From contig NC_086097.1 in assembly GCF_963921235.1 (NCBI RefSeq), positions 58,282,001-58,346,000 of the forward strand: a stretch of 64,000 bases of DNA. Reading direction: 5' to 3'. The translations under genes and the position numbers were made by a program. The notes under the pieces are model-generated. The model was not told the origin of the DNA and did no database searches. It saw only the letters and a list, made by a program, of their open reading frames with translations. Below are positions 49,080 through 61,955 of this stretch, piece by piece. The stretch is from Mobula hypostoma (Eukaryota). Within the stretch, counting starts at the first letter, position 1, and every line of letters begins with the position of its first letter.

Positions 49080-49330
49080 ATTGTAAACAGCCAATAAGAG
49101 CTACCATCGGGGGCCAGTACCTTATCTACACCCAATACCCTAGTCATTGACAATACTGCTGCACCGTTGTCTCTTGGGAATAGTAGTTCCTTCCATTCGC
49201 TCTCCTGTTTGTCCAATACGCATCGCTGTAGCTACTACAATTCCCACAATACAAAGCAACCCTAGTTCATGCGCAGTAACCCATTGCTGTCTTCTATGGG
49301 TAAAATAGGATGATGTCACCTGCAGCAAAA
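49080..49330. promoter_or_regulatory. Pol II proximal promoter with two ZNF143/THAP11 motifs, CCAAT boxes and a CRE-like site
   Basis: ACTACAATTCCCA at 49234-49246 (+) and ACTACTATTCCCA at 49175-49187 (-). AGCCAATAAG with CCAAT at 49091-49095, a second CCAAT at 49213-49217, TGATGTCA near 49311. Lies in a CpG-enriched, repeat-free region. Confidence 0.75.
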
Positions 49331-49559
49331 GGAAATTGTTAAACTGAATCCTTTTGTAAAGAAAGAGGAGAAAATATGGACGTTGCTGCACGGATGGCTG
49401 GAATTTGTTGGTAATTTTTTAGTCATTTATTTTCAGCTCTGGGTGACATTTGTAACCGGCTCTCTATTGTGTTGGCCGACACATAAAGGAAAAGTAGGTG
49501 GAAAGCAAACGAGCGCTCAGGTTAGCAAGGGTGGGACTGCACGGGGCTCCGTGCTTGAG

Positions 49560-49946
49560 AGGTATTGTCAGGCGAGCCTGCATCGCCTGCAACAAAAGGA
49601 ACCAGCGTGAGTTCCAGTCAGGATACACTGCCTGCACGCTTCCTGCCTTTCACCGATCGGCAGCTTTCAACCGAGTCCTCAAATTCCACGGCGTTGCAGC
49701 TGTTGCTTTCGTGTGTGGAGACGAGTTTGGGTTTTTTTTTTCCAGGCTGCCCGAGTATGCTTCGAGATTGCGAAGAATGTGTCAATTGTTAGGCTGATTT
49801 TTTTTTCTCTCTTTCCTGATTCAGGGAATTAAAACGCCAAGCCCACATGTCAGAGATCATCATTCTTTCCCAGTTCCATCCTGCGCCTCGTCTTTTGTTT
49901 GTCATTTGTAACGTGTGGAAGAGCAAGAGTGGATGCTTTTGTTAAG
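49560..49946 (+). other. Candidate non-coding first exon of an unidentified gene (start approximate)
   Basis: Downstream of the promoter motifs. Strong donor AAG|GTGAGA at 49946/49947 followed by a G/T-rich tract. No recognisable protein. Confidence 0.4.
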
Positions 49947-52614
49947 GTGAGATTCATGATCGGGCGAGTGGTGTGTGTGTTTTGGGGGTTGGGGTTTCTG
50001 TTTAGCAATTGTGTGGGGTGGGGAGGGGGTGGGTGGGTTATGGGTTAGAATAGGATGCAAAGCAAACGTTTTGTTCAGTGTTTCAAAGAATGCAGTGTGC
50101 TGCTGGCACACCCGAGGGCTGTTTGAATATTTCCGATTATAGGACCTATTGGTTGGAACTGTTATTTGGTGAAGGCAATCACCTGTAAACGGGTTCCGTG
50201 TTTCTGCTAATCGACACCCTCCTTGTGGTGTGGTGTTTAATAGAACTAGTATGTTTAAGACAGCTGTGGTTTCAGTGCACGGACTATTCTACTATCATTT
50301 TAACTTCGTCAGTCGTGCATGCAGTAAAATACTGTGGATCCGGGAGTCAGGAAAACACTTGCTTCCGATCTCTAGACCTACTATTGTCAAGCGGGGATGA
50401 ATTCGGGTATTGGGGTAAGGTCGGAACACAGCTGAATGTGTCAGCGTGTTCGAGACCTTTGGCGAGGATTAGAGGACGCTAAGGGCATTACAGTGGTCAG
50501 GCATGCATTGGTGTCAGAATGAACATTTTGGGTGTGTCCTTCCGTGCGTGAGACCACCAGAGGAAAGATTTTGATACGATCCGGAATAACTTCGAAAAAG
50601 AGAGAAGTCTGAACGTGCAACAAGGTTTTCGTATGTATAGTCTGAGTTTCGCCCCTTCAGAGCTAGTTCAGATGACCAGAATCGTGTTGGAGATTGTTCT
50701 GTGAACAAAATGCATTTTCTTTAATGTCGGATATGGCTGAAGCTCATCTGTCTAAATGGACAGATGTTTCGGGTGAAGGCTGTTTACTTTTGCATAAGGA
50801 GCAATGTCAGATTAGTCAATACTGAATAACACCGTTGTTTGATTATATAAAGCAGATGTTATTTGCTGTAAAGCATTCTTGACTTTTTTAAACAAGCTAT
50901 GACAGCATAAATTAATACAATGTTGAGTAAGGTACTTGTATTTTTAAACAATATCAGATTGGTATTTCAAATGAAAGCTAACTGTGATTTTTATGTTAAA
51001 TGCAAGTTCAGATTATGACATTGTCTCAAATCCTGAAGATCTGTTGGCAACGTTTTAACAAGGCATTTTGAATTTATTGAAATGCAGATTTTGAGTTCTG
51101 TTCACAATTTGGAAATACCACCCCAGCTCCTTAAATTGAAAGTCACAGATACTTAAGTAATCAGTTCTTCAAGGAGAAATCTGTATTGTTCTGTTTTACA
51201 AACACGCAGTGATCATGTTGGGAATGTAATGCAAGCAATATCTTAGATAATTGTAATGTTTCCCCAAATGTGATGCAATCACATGATAACCAATCTGATA
51301 TTACATTTTTGGGAAATTGCACCATGGTTTACAATCCGTTCTAATCTTTGACAACTTATTTTCAGAAGTAACGATTTAAAAGAAAAAGTCTTGGAGATGC
51401 TTTTATGGAATTCTCAGAAGTGGAGTTTACTGAGTTGTGTTTGCATTAATGTTATATTATGAAGTAACATCTTAACTTGGACTTCCGTATTTATTGTTAT
51501 TAAATGTCCTGCAGTATAATGCAGTGCTTTCCAAATCCATTAAGTATCTTTCATCAGAGCAATTTCTGAAGGAAGCATGATTTAAAAAAGTCTATAAATA
51601 GATTAATTAAACTGAATGATTGTAGGTTATTTTATTACAGTTTAAGTTTAATTTTCATATTTAGGAAAGTGAAAATTATATTTAAATTCTTTTAGTAGCA
51701 AGTTGAGCAGTTCTAATTTCAAGGTTATGGGATGTAAGTCAGATTTGGAATAGTTTGTGTTCTGCTTACCACAAATCAGCATATGGATAAGTAGATGCCA
51801 AGTTGCAGCATTTAGAAAGCTCTCAATAAAATGCATGGTACAGAGGCAGAAAGAATATTTAGAGAAAAATATTCATTGCTTTGTTTTCAAGGATGTGTGA
51901 AATTGATTCATTTGATAAGCTTGCAGCACTTTTCTTGATTCTAGCAATAGAGATTTCAGAGATGTGCCAAAAAGAAACTAGAGTGGTCTTGATGAACTTG
52001 TGCAGTAATTCTTAGAAAGTCTGTCTGTATTGAATGAAATTGGAGTTACAGTATGAATAATTCCTCAATATATGTTGAGAGCACTTTTTTCCTTTTTGGA
52101 AATACTGATTTTATCATTAATTTATTTGCCAGTAGTTACTGGAAGTCACTTTTTTCTTCCCTATCTTCCATTTTGAAGTTTGTATTGTGGTTCGATATTT
52201 GTAGAATAAATGATCAAAATGCTTTTAATTTGTTCTTGACTTCACTGTCATTCATTAATAAAAACTGTGCACAAATCACACTCTTGAAATTATAAGGTTT
52301 TTGCTCTGTAGCAGTATGTTTGATATTATTTGCTATCCTTAAATATTTTTGAAGAGTTTGTGGGATAAAATGTAATGAGCTATCGCTTGATGGTTTCCTG
52401 GAAGAGTAACATTGAAGATCTTCAGATTAATTATTATAAAAATGAACTTTTCTTTATAACCACCTTAATAGCAAATACGCAAGTTCCACCTTCAAAACTT
52501 TGTTGGGAAGGGAAAGGATAATTGACATTTTGGTGATTGACCTGAACCACAGATGCATTGCTGCAATTGCTGTGTGATGATGAAACAATTGGACAGCGCT
52601 TCACCAAGTGAGAT

Positions 52615-52895
52615 CATCAAAGTTCAAAGTAAATTTTTATTATCAAAGTACATATATACCACCATATAAAACCTTGAGATTCATTTTCTTGTGGGCATAC
52701 TCAACAAATCTATAGAATAGTAACTACAGTAGAATCAATGTATGACTGTTAAACTAAAGCTTTCAACCAGAGTGCCGAAGCCAACAAATTGCTAATGCAA
52801 AAAGAAGAAACAATAATATAAATAAATAAGCAATAAATATTGAGAACATGAGATGAGTAGTCCTTGAAAGTGAGTCCATTAGCTGTGGGAATCAG
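52615..52895 (-). mobile_element. Rex1/Babar 3' UTR fragment
   Basis: CAAAGTTCAAAGTAAATTT...AATAAATAATAAGCAATAAATATTGAGAACATGAGATG, the reverse of the 22480-22740 type sequence. Confidence 0.75.
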
Positions 52896-53734
52896 TTTTG
52901 CAATCTGTATTAATTGCTGTGCACAATTTCTGAGTCTAGTCGTTTTTTTTTTCTTTTTGCATACCTTCCTGTGATCACCACAAAAACATTACTGCTTGCA
53001 AGTGTAGCTAATGTGATCTCCTGATAAGTTGCAAGGAGAAAGAAAATCTATAGAGTTTATAGAATAATCTCTGGTGCTGCTGGTTAGGAATTCCATGATA
53101 TTAGAGGTAAAATGCAGAATAGTAAGTCAACTGGGCTGTTGAATGCAAAATTCTTTAATTTAGCTTTGGATGGAGTTTTAGGGTGTTACTTCCAACAACA
53201 TCAGATTTCTTAAGCATGTTAAATTTATTATGAAGAAGAAAAAGTTCTGCTAAACAGGCTACATTATCTATGGATATCTTTTTAAAATATGAGTGTTTAT
53301 GATATTCCTGAATGGCAGTTGCATTGAACTTGTATAGCTGCAGTGGCAAGTTCTGTGAAGTTCTTGATCAGTAGAAGTCTTCAAATCTGAGCTTTAAATG
53401 TACTAAAAGGCTTTAATTAGCAAGAGGAAGTTAATACACTTCTTTGCACTTACTGTGTTTCTATTCCTAAATACCTACCCGATTTAAAGTTCGATTTGCA
53501 GAATTTTCGGTTGTTTATTGCTGATGAGTGACTAATACCAGTATAATCTTGTCAACAATGTGTACATGACTGGAATTAATTTTAGAAACATATTCTCCCT
53601 CTTAGGTGTATGTTAGTGGTAGAGTTGATGCTGAACTTCCCATGTTTATTATGATTAAAGATCTCATTGGTTGTGATTCCAATTTTGAACAGACACATTT
53701 TCAAATGGCCCTTTATTTGATGTTCACTACAACC

Positions 53735-54140
53735 TAGAGAATGCCATTTCCTGCTCCATTGAACTGGTTAAGCATTCGTTCCCTGCAATACCAGTGTACA
53801 GTGGCTGCACTGTGCAGCACCTGCAAAAGGTGCCTGTGTGGGTTACTTCGAAAGCAACTTCCAAATGGGAAGCTGAAGAACAAGTACAGCGGGCGCTTGG
53901 GAGCGCTTGGGTTCTCCTCTAAGTCCCTCACCACCCTAACAGGGAAATGCATCGCTGGCCTTTCACTGTTGCCAGTCTGAAAAACAGAACTTCCCTGCCC
54001 ATCAGCACAATGGGATGACCTTAATCAGAAACACTGCAGCATTTCCAGAAGATTTTTTGCCACCACCACTGGATCAAGGGCAATAAGGAATGGGCAAAAT
54101 GGACCTTGCTGGTGATATCCAGCTCCCGAAAATTAAAAAT
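53735..54140 (+). mobile_element. Old LINE 3' fragment (CR1-group-like)
   Basis: LSIRSLQYQCTVAALC-like C-terminus and CCACCACCAC...CAAGGGCAATAAGGAATGGGCAA 3' end. Confidence 0.45.
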
Positions 54141-55924
54141 CTCCAGATGTTCAGCTCCTTGCTTTAATTCTGGTTTCCCTTCTTCTGTCGTATTACAAGC
54201 CTGGATGTTTCACCCTCTTGTTTATAGGTATGATGCTTTAATGGGTGTGAACTCTTACACCAGTGAATATTATCCTGTCTTTCCTTCGAGCAAGTTGCAT
54301 GTCATTCAGCTTATTAACCACAAAGGAGTCTGCAGTATCTGTTTTGCAAATACTTTTCCCTTTGTCCTATTTCTTCATAAGTGCTTATTTATCTTCTTCA
54401 CTTTGAATGCCACCTTTCTTTTCGATCATTACAGGATGACCTACTTCATATTTCTAGTTTTCCTGTTTGTTGTTTCCACATTGACATAAGTTGGAGCAAA
54501 ATGCCCATGGGTGATTAATTATTAAGTGTGTAATTGACACAGCAAAAGATGGGGGTGGTTTCTTTCAAAATGGAATATTGATCATGATCAAGCAACTTTT
54601 AATAGTATGTATTTCCACTTGGATGAATTCTTTCTTTAGTTGTATTTCAACCAGCTCACATTTAGAAAGCTTCGTTTGTAGTTAAAAAGCAATTACATTC
54701 TTGATGAATTCTTGAATCATCTATGGGCAGTGGGGTGAATTCCAGTAACATGCAGACGCATTTGAAGCCAATGTTATCAGATTGGAGATTACAAACCTGT
54801 TTTGAAACTTGATACTTGTATTGATACATACATTTAACTTCCATATTGAGAAAATCCATATAGAATTGTATAATTTTGCTGTAGTTCTTGTTTAGGATTA
54901 GTGGTTGTTTTGCTACTTTCAAGACTATCTGTTTATCATTTTTGGTTTAAGAATAATGGCATTTCAGTGAAAAAGCGCAGTGTATTTGCTGAAGCGATTG
55001 CGCTTAATAGCAATGTAAAAGTTTGAGATTGATATTTGCTTGTATGTGTTGTTTCTTTCTACTGAATTTTGTGATGGGGTATGTTAACATGTGTTATACT
55101 GTGCAATACTTTTCTGTGCATTCATCTGGTAAATTTGTTAATGGGAAGCAGTGGGATGAAGACAATTATCAGTACAGGAAGGATATGGTTTTGAACAGTA
55201 AGTATAGTGCATGCTTCCTGACAGAACCAAAAGCACAAATATACTAATATACTTAGTGTTTCTCTACCATGGTTCCGGTCTGCAATCATATCACACAGCT
55301 GTTTAACTTGAGTCAGATTGTAATCTGAGTTTTGGATCTTTCTCCTTTTTTGGGCTTGGTACTGTGGAATAAAACACATGGGTGATCTGTGGAACAGCGT
55401 TCACTTTCTATCTAAAGTTGTCAGATTACTTTTGAAGGTGTTTCGATGGAGTCGGGCTTCCCTGAATGTTCTGTGGAAACACAAATGACTGGGAGCAGAG
55501 CTGAGCACATGCAGAGCTCTCTACTGAGAGCTAAAATGTCAGTTGTAGTTGCGCTGTGTAGCAGAGCTTATGCCTGAGAACCATATGGTTTCCAACCAAT
55601 ATTCTTATAATTGAACAACCCTCAATGAGTTGTATTAGTGATTTGAAATCCATAAAAAGCATGTTAATCATCTATGACGTAATTAATGAGAGGTACGAAG
55701 GTCTGGTTGCTCAGATCATCTTTACTGTTCTACATTGTTAATATTTAAAATAGTTGAATGGACTTTAAATCCTGATAGAGATGTTGAAAATGCAGATCTA
55801 TCTGCATGTCAACGTGTACAGAAGTGAAGACTGTAGAGGATACGATTCAGTAAGAGCTCTTTGAATTTATTGGAACCTGTGGAACTTGGAGAAATGTAAA
55901 ATGGGCAAAGAAAGCGGAGGGAAA

Positions 55925-56270
55925 TTGGTTTATTATTGTCACATGTACTGAGGTACAGAGAAAAACGTCATATGGATCAGTGTGTTACAACAGTGCATTG
56001 AGACAGTACAAGATAAAGCAATAATAGAGTATTGCTAGATGGAACGTGCTGAAGTTCTTCAGTCTCCTGATGAAGTAGAGGCTCTGGTGAGCTTTATTGG
56101 CCTTGGTGTCAACATGGTTAAACCATGACAGGCTATTAGTGATGCTTACTCCTTTGAACTTGAAGGTCTCAACCCTCTCGATGTTTGCACCTTTAATGTA
56201 GACAGGAGAATGTGCACATCCTTCCTTTTTGAAGTCAGAGACCAGCTCCTGTTTTGCTGACATTGAGAGA
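55925..56270 (-). mobile_element. Rex1/Babar fragment
   Basis: QELVSDFKK...ERVETFKFKGVSITNSLSW...KAHQSLYFIRRLK. Confidence 0.8.
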
Positions 56271-57689
56271 ATGAAGTAAGATGAACATTGTGGGTTGACA
56301 CCCTTGTGTGATGTTTAGAGAAAAGTGCAGTCTTTCAAAATGATAGGAGTTTGTAAACTTGGCATGGATGAGGGTGAAAGACGTCTTTTAGATCCACTGG
56401 TACTGCCACAGATTGTGGTGATTGGTTTTTGCTAAAAATAGACCTCCATTAATGGAATTCTTCAAACACTTGTACATTGCTGAGCATAATTGGAATTTAT
56501 TTTATGGCCTTTCAGCATATCTTAAGGAAAGGAGGCGGGAGATGGCCACTTGGCTCCATATCACAGTTCTGAATTCCCATAAGAGCATGGCTCTATTTTT
56601 ACATTGGTGACACTTCTCTGCATTTATCCCAGATCCCGTGATTCCCTTTAGCCCATAAGATCTGCTAATTCATCTTTTCAAAATGATTGGACCTTCATAG
56701 CTACCTGCAAGTCATCATATATGAAGCTGCTAGAATTCACTTGGATTGTTTTATAGCAATAACTCTTTTAAGTTCTCCGGATTGCTTCCTCTGGCAACCC
56801 TTGGCAGCCTTCTGCCGTTTTAATGCATGCTAGATCCATGCCAGTTTCCAAATTTACTTTTTATTTAGCTTGCTACAAGCCAAATGAAAAAAATCAGTAA
56901 GGCTTTATAGATTAGCAGCCAGGAAGACTTACTAAGTGGTGGCACTTGAGAGGGTGTCACTTAACGTAAAAGTACTCTTGAGTTATAGCCAGCTTCACAG
57001 GATGCATACTTTGGAATGGTCACAAAGGAAGAATGGTTTGGAGTGGAGTATGAGGCCTGGAGGCCAAGAAGCTGGGAGACTGGGTGTGAGCCCATTTCTT
57101 GCTGATTTCACTGATTAAGATGTCAAACAAGATTGAAATGAATGAAGATGAGAACGAAAGGTGTTCAGCACTGCCTGCCTGCGTTTGACTGCTCTCCCTC
57201 TTCCTCTCGCTTGTTGCTGCCGGAGGAAGGTGCTGGAGTCTCGGGTGAAGTCTGATTGGTACAGTTTGTGGATTGGACTTGTTTAGAGGACTCTGCAATT
57301 CATGTTATGATGTGTTTTAGTTGCTCTTTTTTTAAATTGCTATTTTGTGTGATTTTGATCAGAGTGGCTGGCTGTGTGGCTTGCAGTCAACGAATGACAC
57401 AGATTGAATTAAACTAAACTGAACGTTCCCAGACTGTTTCAAGGACTCTGTGGTTTGATGTTTAATATACTGTGTGTTAATCACTTTTTTTTGCTGTTTG
57501 CACAATTTATTTTTGCATGGGTTCTCTTTGGATTCCATGGTGTTTCTTTGTTTTGTGCCTGTCTGTGTGAAGACTAATCTCAGGGATGTCTACTGCATGC
57601 ATGCTTTGAAAATAAATGTACCTTGAATCTTTGGTATCAAAGCAAACTTTATTTGAATAACTACAGATAGGACAAGGCACGACAGAACC

Positions 57690-59620
57690 AGAGGTGCTAA
57701 GTAGGATGATTTGGCAGATGAATGTTTGGCTGAGGAATTGGTGCAGCTGGAAGGGTTTCAGATTTGTGGATCATTGAGATGACCTGTATAAAAAAGGATA
57801 GGTTACACTTGAACCAGAGGGAGATCAGTATCCTTTTGGGCAGATTTGCTAGAGCTGTTGGGGAGGGTTTAAACTAAGTGTGAACCAGAGTGATAGGACA
57901 GAAGATGGAGCACTTGATATACAGGTAGATGCCTGTAGAGAAATTGTGAGGACTGATAGGAAGTTTATTGGGCAAAACTGTGGTCAAAGGGATGAGTTGA
58001 AATGTGTTTTAAATGCAAGAAGCCCCAGAACAAAGGTGATAAACATGGAGCATGGGTCAGAACATGGAACTATGACGTTGTGACCATTTCAGAGACTTGG
58101 CTTTCATGGGGGTAGAAGCAGCTGCTGAATGTCTCAAGGGATGGAGGGAAGTCAAAGGAGAGGGGAGTCTACTGAGACAGTGTGGATGGAAATCAGTAAA
58201 CAGGAAGGGAACAATCACTATATTGGGGCTATTCTATAGCTCACCCCCCCCCAACTGAAAGACCGAGGGACAGGTCGGGAAGAAAATACTGGAAAGGTGC
58301 AAAAATAACAGGGTTGTTGTCTTGGGTGACTTCAACTTCCCTAATATTGATCGGCACCTCCTTGGTGTAAAAGGTTTAGATGGGGCAGGGTTTGTTAGAT
58401 GTGTCCAGGAAGGATTCCTGACACAATATGTAGACAGGTTGACTAGAGGAGAGGCCATACTGGATCTGGTGGTAGACAATAAACCAGGTTGGGTATTACA
58501 TTGCTTGGTGATAAACACTTTGCAGACAGTGACCATAACTTCCTGACCTTTACCATAGCCTTGGAGAGGGATAGGTATCGGAAAGTATTTAATTAGGAGA
58601 GGGTGAATTATGGTGCTGTTAGGCAGGAATTTGGGAGCAGAAACTGGGAATGTATGTATTCAGGGAAATACACAATAGAAATATGGTGGTTGCTTAGGGA
58701 GTTAGGTTCTGGATAGGTTTGTGCCACTGACACAGGGAAAGAATGGTAATGTGAAGGAACCATGGTGAACGAGAGGTGTGGAATATCTTGTCAAGACGAA
58801 GAAAGAAGCTTACTTAGGGTTTAGGAAGCAAGGATCAGACAGGGCTCTAGAGAGTTATAAGGTAGTCAAGAAGGAGCTTAATAAGGGACTTGGGGAAAGC
58901 TAGAAAGGGACATGAGAAGGCCTTGGTGAAAAGGCTTAAGGCAAACCCCAAAGTATTACACACGTATGTGAAGAACAGGAGAATGACTAGAGTGATGGTA
59001 GGATTGATCAGGGACAGAAGAGGAAACGTGCCTGAGGTCAGGAATTAGCAGAGTCCTGCTGAAGGGTGTTGGCCCGAGACGTCGCTGTACTTTTTTCCAT
59101 AGATGCTTCCTGGCCTGCTGAGTTCCTCCAGCATTTTGTGTATGTTGCTCAGATTTCCAGCATCTTCAGACTTTTTTCTTGATAGTAAAGTATCCATTAA
59201 GGATCTCTGCTTCAGTGCTCACCAGTGGGAGAACCTTGACATTTGTGAGGACAGCGTAAAACAAACTGATATGCTAAAACGTGTTGATGTTAAGGAAGAG
59301 AATGTACTGGAACCTTTGGAAAAAGAACATTGGGTTAGATAAGTTCCTGGGGTCAAATGAGATGTACCTAAAGCTTTTACGGGAGGTGAGGGAAGAGATT
59401 GCTGAGCCTTTGGCTATGATCTTTGCATCTTCATTGACTGCAGTAGTACCAGATGACTGGCAGGTGGCAAATATTATTCCTTTGTTCAAGAAAAGGGGTA
59501 GGGAAGCCCCTAAACATTATAGATCAGTGAGTCGTACTTCATGGTGGGCAGGTTATTGGGGAGGATTCATAGGGACAGGATTTACAAACATTTGGAAAAG
59601 CATGGCATGATTAGGAATAG
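57690..59620 (+). mobile_element. CR1 5' part (ORF1 esterase end, APE endonuclease, start of RT), decayed
   Basis: WLRNWC..GFRFVDH and DRLHLN (ORF1), GDFNFPNID, TRGEAILDLV, EEIAEPLAMIF..DDWQVANIIPLFKK. Confidence 0.88.
59050..59180 (+). mobile_element. Penelope-derived short repeat inside the CR1
   Basis: AGTCCTGCTGAAGGG...GGCCCGAGACGTCG...ATAGATGCT...GAGTTCCTCCAGCATTTTGTG. Confidence 0.75.
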
Positions 59621-61209
59621 TTTTCCAATGGCATCCATTAACACTGCTGTGACATTATCCAGTACTTAGTCTGCTTTCAGTTGACTGTATTGCAGGGGAT
59701 GTGGTGTGCAAATGGTGGACGGATCTTCAATCAAGTTGTAGCTATCACAGCCCTACAATGAGTGACCCTCCTGTTTTTACCACATACAAGCCCAATATGG
59801 CCTGTTGGTTGTTTAAGAATGATCTTTTCTCGACAATTTGTTCTTAGTTTGATATCTGCAAGCTTCAGTTCAGTATCTTTGAAATGCTATATTCAAACTC
59901 ATTTTGAGAAATGACTGGAACAGCCAAGCCAGTGACCAATTCCATTTTAATTAATTTGCTGGTTGTTTCTGATGTAAGCCTTATTGCTGGTCTCTTATTA
60001 CTTTATCGCATTGTAAGTCTTAAGGCTACTCAGTCCTGTTCCACTCTCACCATTTTCAGATTTTCCATCAATGGCATGCAGATTAGTTCTCATTTGAAAC
60101 TGCAACTTGCTCTTTGTATGTGTCTTACTTTGTAGTACTTTCTGCCTGTTTTGCGTTTAACCTGCATTGTTCCGGTGTATGCGAGCCCCTGCCTCAGTGG
60201 TAACACAATTGGTTTGGCCAGTCGAGTTTCTGTTTAAGCGTCGCAATTTGTTCAAGGTTAGTTTCATTCCTGACCGCAACTCAATTGCATCTCTGGCTGC
60301 TGTTTCCATTGATACATCAATTTCAACTGTTCTTTTAAATGTGAGTCTTGCTTCAGTTAGCAGCCATTTTCAAATGCTTTCTTCTAAGATTGCACAAAAT
60401 AAATAATCTCTCAGTACACTATTAAGCCCATCACTGAACTGACAATGCTCGAACAATTTCTTCAATTCAGACATGTAAGCTGAAACAGATTCCTTATTTT
60501 TGATTCTAATTATGAAACCAAATGCGTTCAGCAATCAACAATGATTTCAGTTCTAAATATTCCTGCATTTATGTTCACGATATCAGCAAAGCTCATTTTG
60601 GCTGGTTTGGTTGGAGTAAATATGCTTTTCCACCCATTGCACTCAGAAACTCTGGCACTCATTTTCATTGGCTATTTTATTTGCTTCAAAATACTGCTTC
60701 ATTTGATCACCCAATTATCTGTTGTGCAATTAAACATGTCTATCTATCTGGTGTAGCCAGCCATTTCTGCTTTTTTAACATTTATTATTGTTATCACCTG
60801 GTACTCACTGGTTATGAACCTGAGGCCGTACTTGTTACTTGCTGATTTTGTCCATTTCCTGCTTTTCTTTTTGAACTCTAACATCACTTTCCCCTTCTGA
60901 AGAAAAACCTTCTGCACATCAACAGGTTAATTTTAAAACTCCCTCATTGCCACTGTTATGTTTTGTAACTCCAGAAACTAATTGAAAGAAAAACAAAAGA
61001 ATCAGGATACCTGCCTATTTAGTTTTTCTTTTCCTTTTTTTTTTACAAAGGCACTCACAAATGACTTGGTGATGTGGTGATGTAATGACATATGCCATTC
61101 ACCAACTTACATATAATCAATCCATCATGAATTATGTAAACAAAGAATGCTTAGTCGAACAATATGTTTACAGTCACTCAGACATTACTGAACTATTAAG
61201 TACACTACA
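59621..61209 (-). mobile_element. Truncated Gypsy element related to 34716-39878 (5' LTR, PBS, gag, protease)
   Basis: LTR 60954-61209 (TGTT...TACA) resembles the other LTRs. PBS-like TGGCAATGAG lies next to it. gag starts ATGGCTGGCTACACC at ~60764. pol text VLDNVTAVLMDAIGK is at the left end. Confidence 0.85.
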
Positions 61210-61579
61210 GTGAGAACTCCTAGTGTTTCATGCATTGCTCATTTTAATCACAACAGTTAGTTTTCAATGAGTAAACTATTTATTTGCTAAAATGTAAGTT
61301 AAGTTCAACAGAAGTTTAAAAAAGGTTGCTGGTAAATTATCCTCCTTTCTATGGTACTATGAAACTGAATATTTCTGGAAAGTAATTCTTCAATAACTAC
61401 TTTGTACATCCTACTTTTGAGTATTGTTTACTGCTTCAGTATAATAGAGTATCTTTCCACACTTTAGTCTCAGCAGGAAAAATGAAGAAATGTTTCACTT
61501 TTTAACTAACTTTAGATTTCATTTGTGTGTTGAATAGTTTAGGTTTTTTTTAAAAAAGACCAAAATTAGTTTAATACAT

Positions 61580-61840
61580 GAGATCAAAAAACAAACTGCT
61601 TGAGAAACTCACATCAAAGTTGCTGGTGAACACAGCAGGCTAGGCAGCATCTCTAGGAAGAGGTACAGTCGATGTTTCAGGCTGAGACCCTTTGTCAGAA
61701 CTTGCTTGAATTTCCAGCATCTGCAGAATTCCTGTTGTTTGCTTGAGGAACTCAGCAGGTCAGCCCTGATCTGCTAAGTTCCTCCGGCACTTTGGTTGTT
61801 GTTGCAGATTACAGTATCTTCAGTCTCTTGTGTATCTGTC
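61580..61840. mobile_element. Cluster of Penelope-derived short repeats
   Basis: TGCTGGTGAACACAGCAGG...CAGTCGATGTTTCAGGCTGAGACCCTTTGTCAG, followed by inverted TTTCCAGCATCTGCAG segments. Confidence 0.75.
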
Positions 61841-61955
61841 TTGATTTACTACATTAATTTTCAACGATAGTTGAAGATTGCATTTCATGCAGTTTTAAAG
61901 TTCTGTTTGGATATACAGGAATTGAAAAATTACAGTGACATTCTTAAGTTTAACA

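Larger units (their letters stand above)
48500..50750. other. CpG-enriched, repeat-free region (CpG-island-like)
   Basis: CpG dinucleotides are visibly frequent compared with the CpG-depleted flanks; not counted. Confidence 0.65.

Noticed and set aside
49383..49797. Short ORFs near the promoter as the first coding exon
   Set aside because: They have non-ATG starts, overlap in several frames and show no recognisable protein similarity.
52553..52607. Possible small internal exon (CAG...GTGAGA)
   Set aside because: There is no polypyrimidine tract and the peptide is not recognisable.
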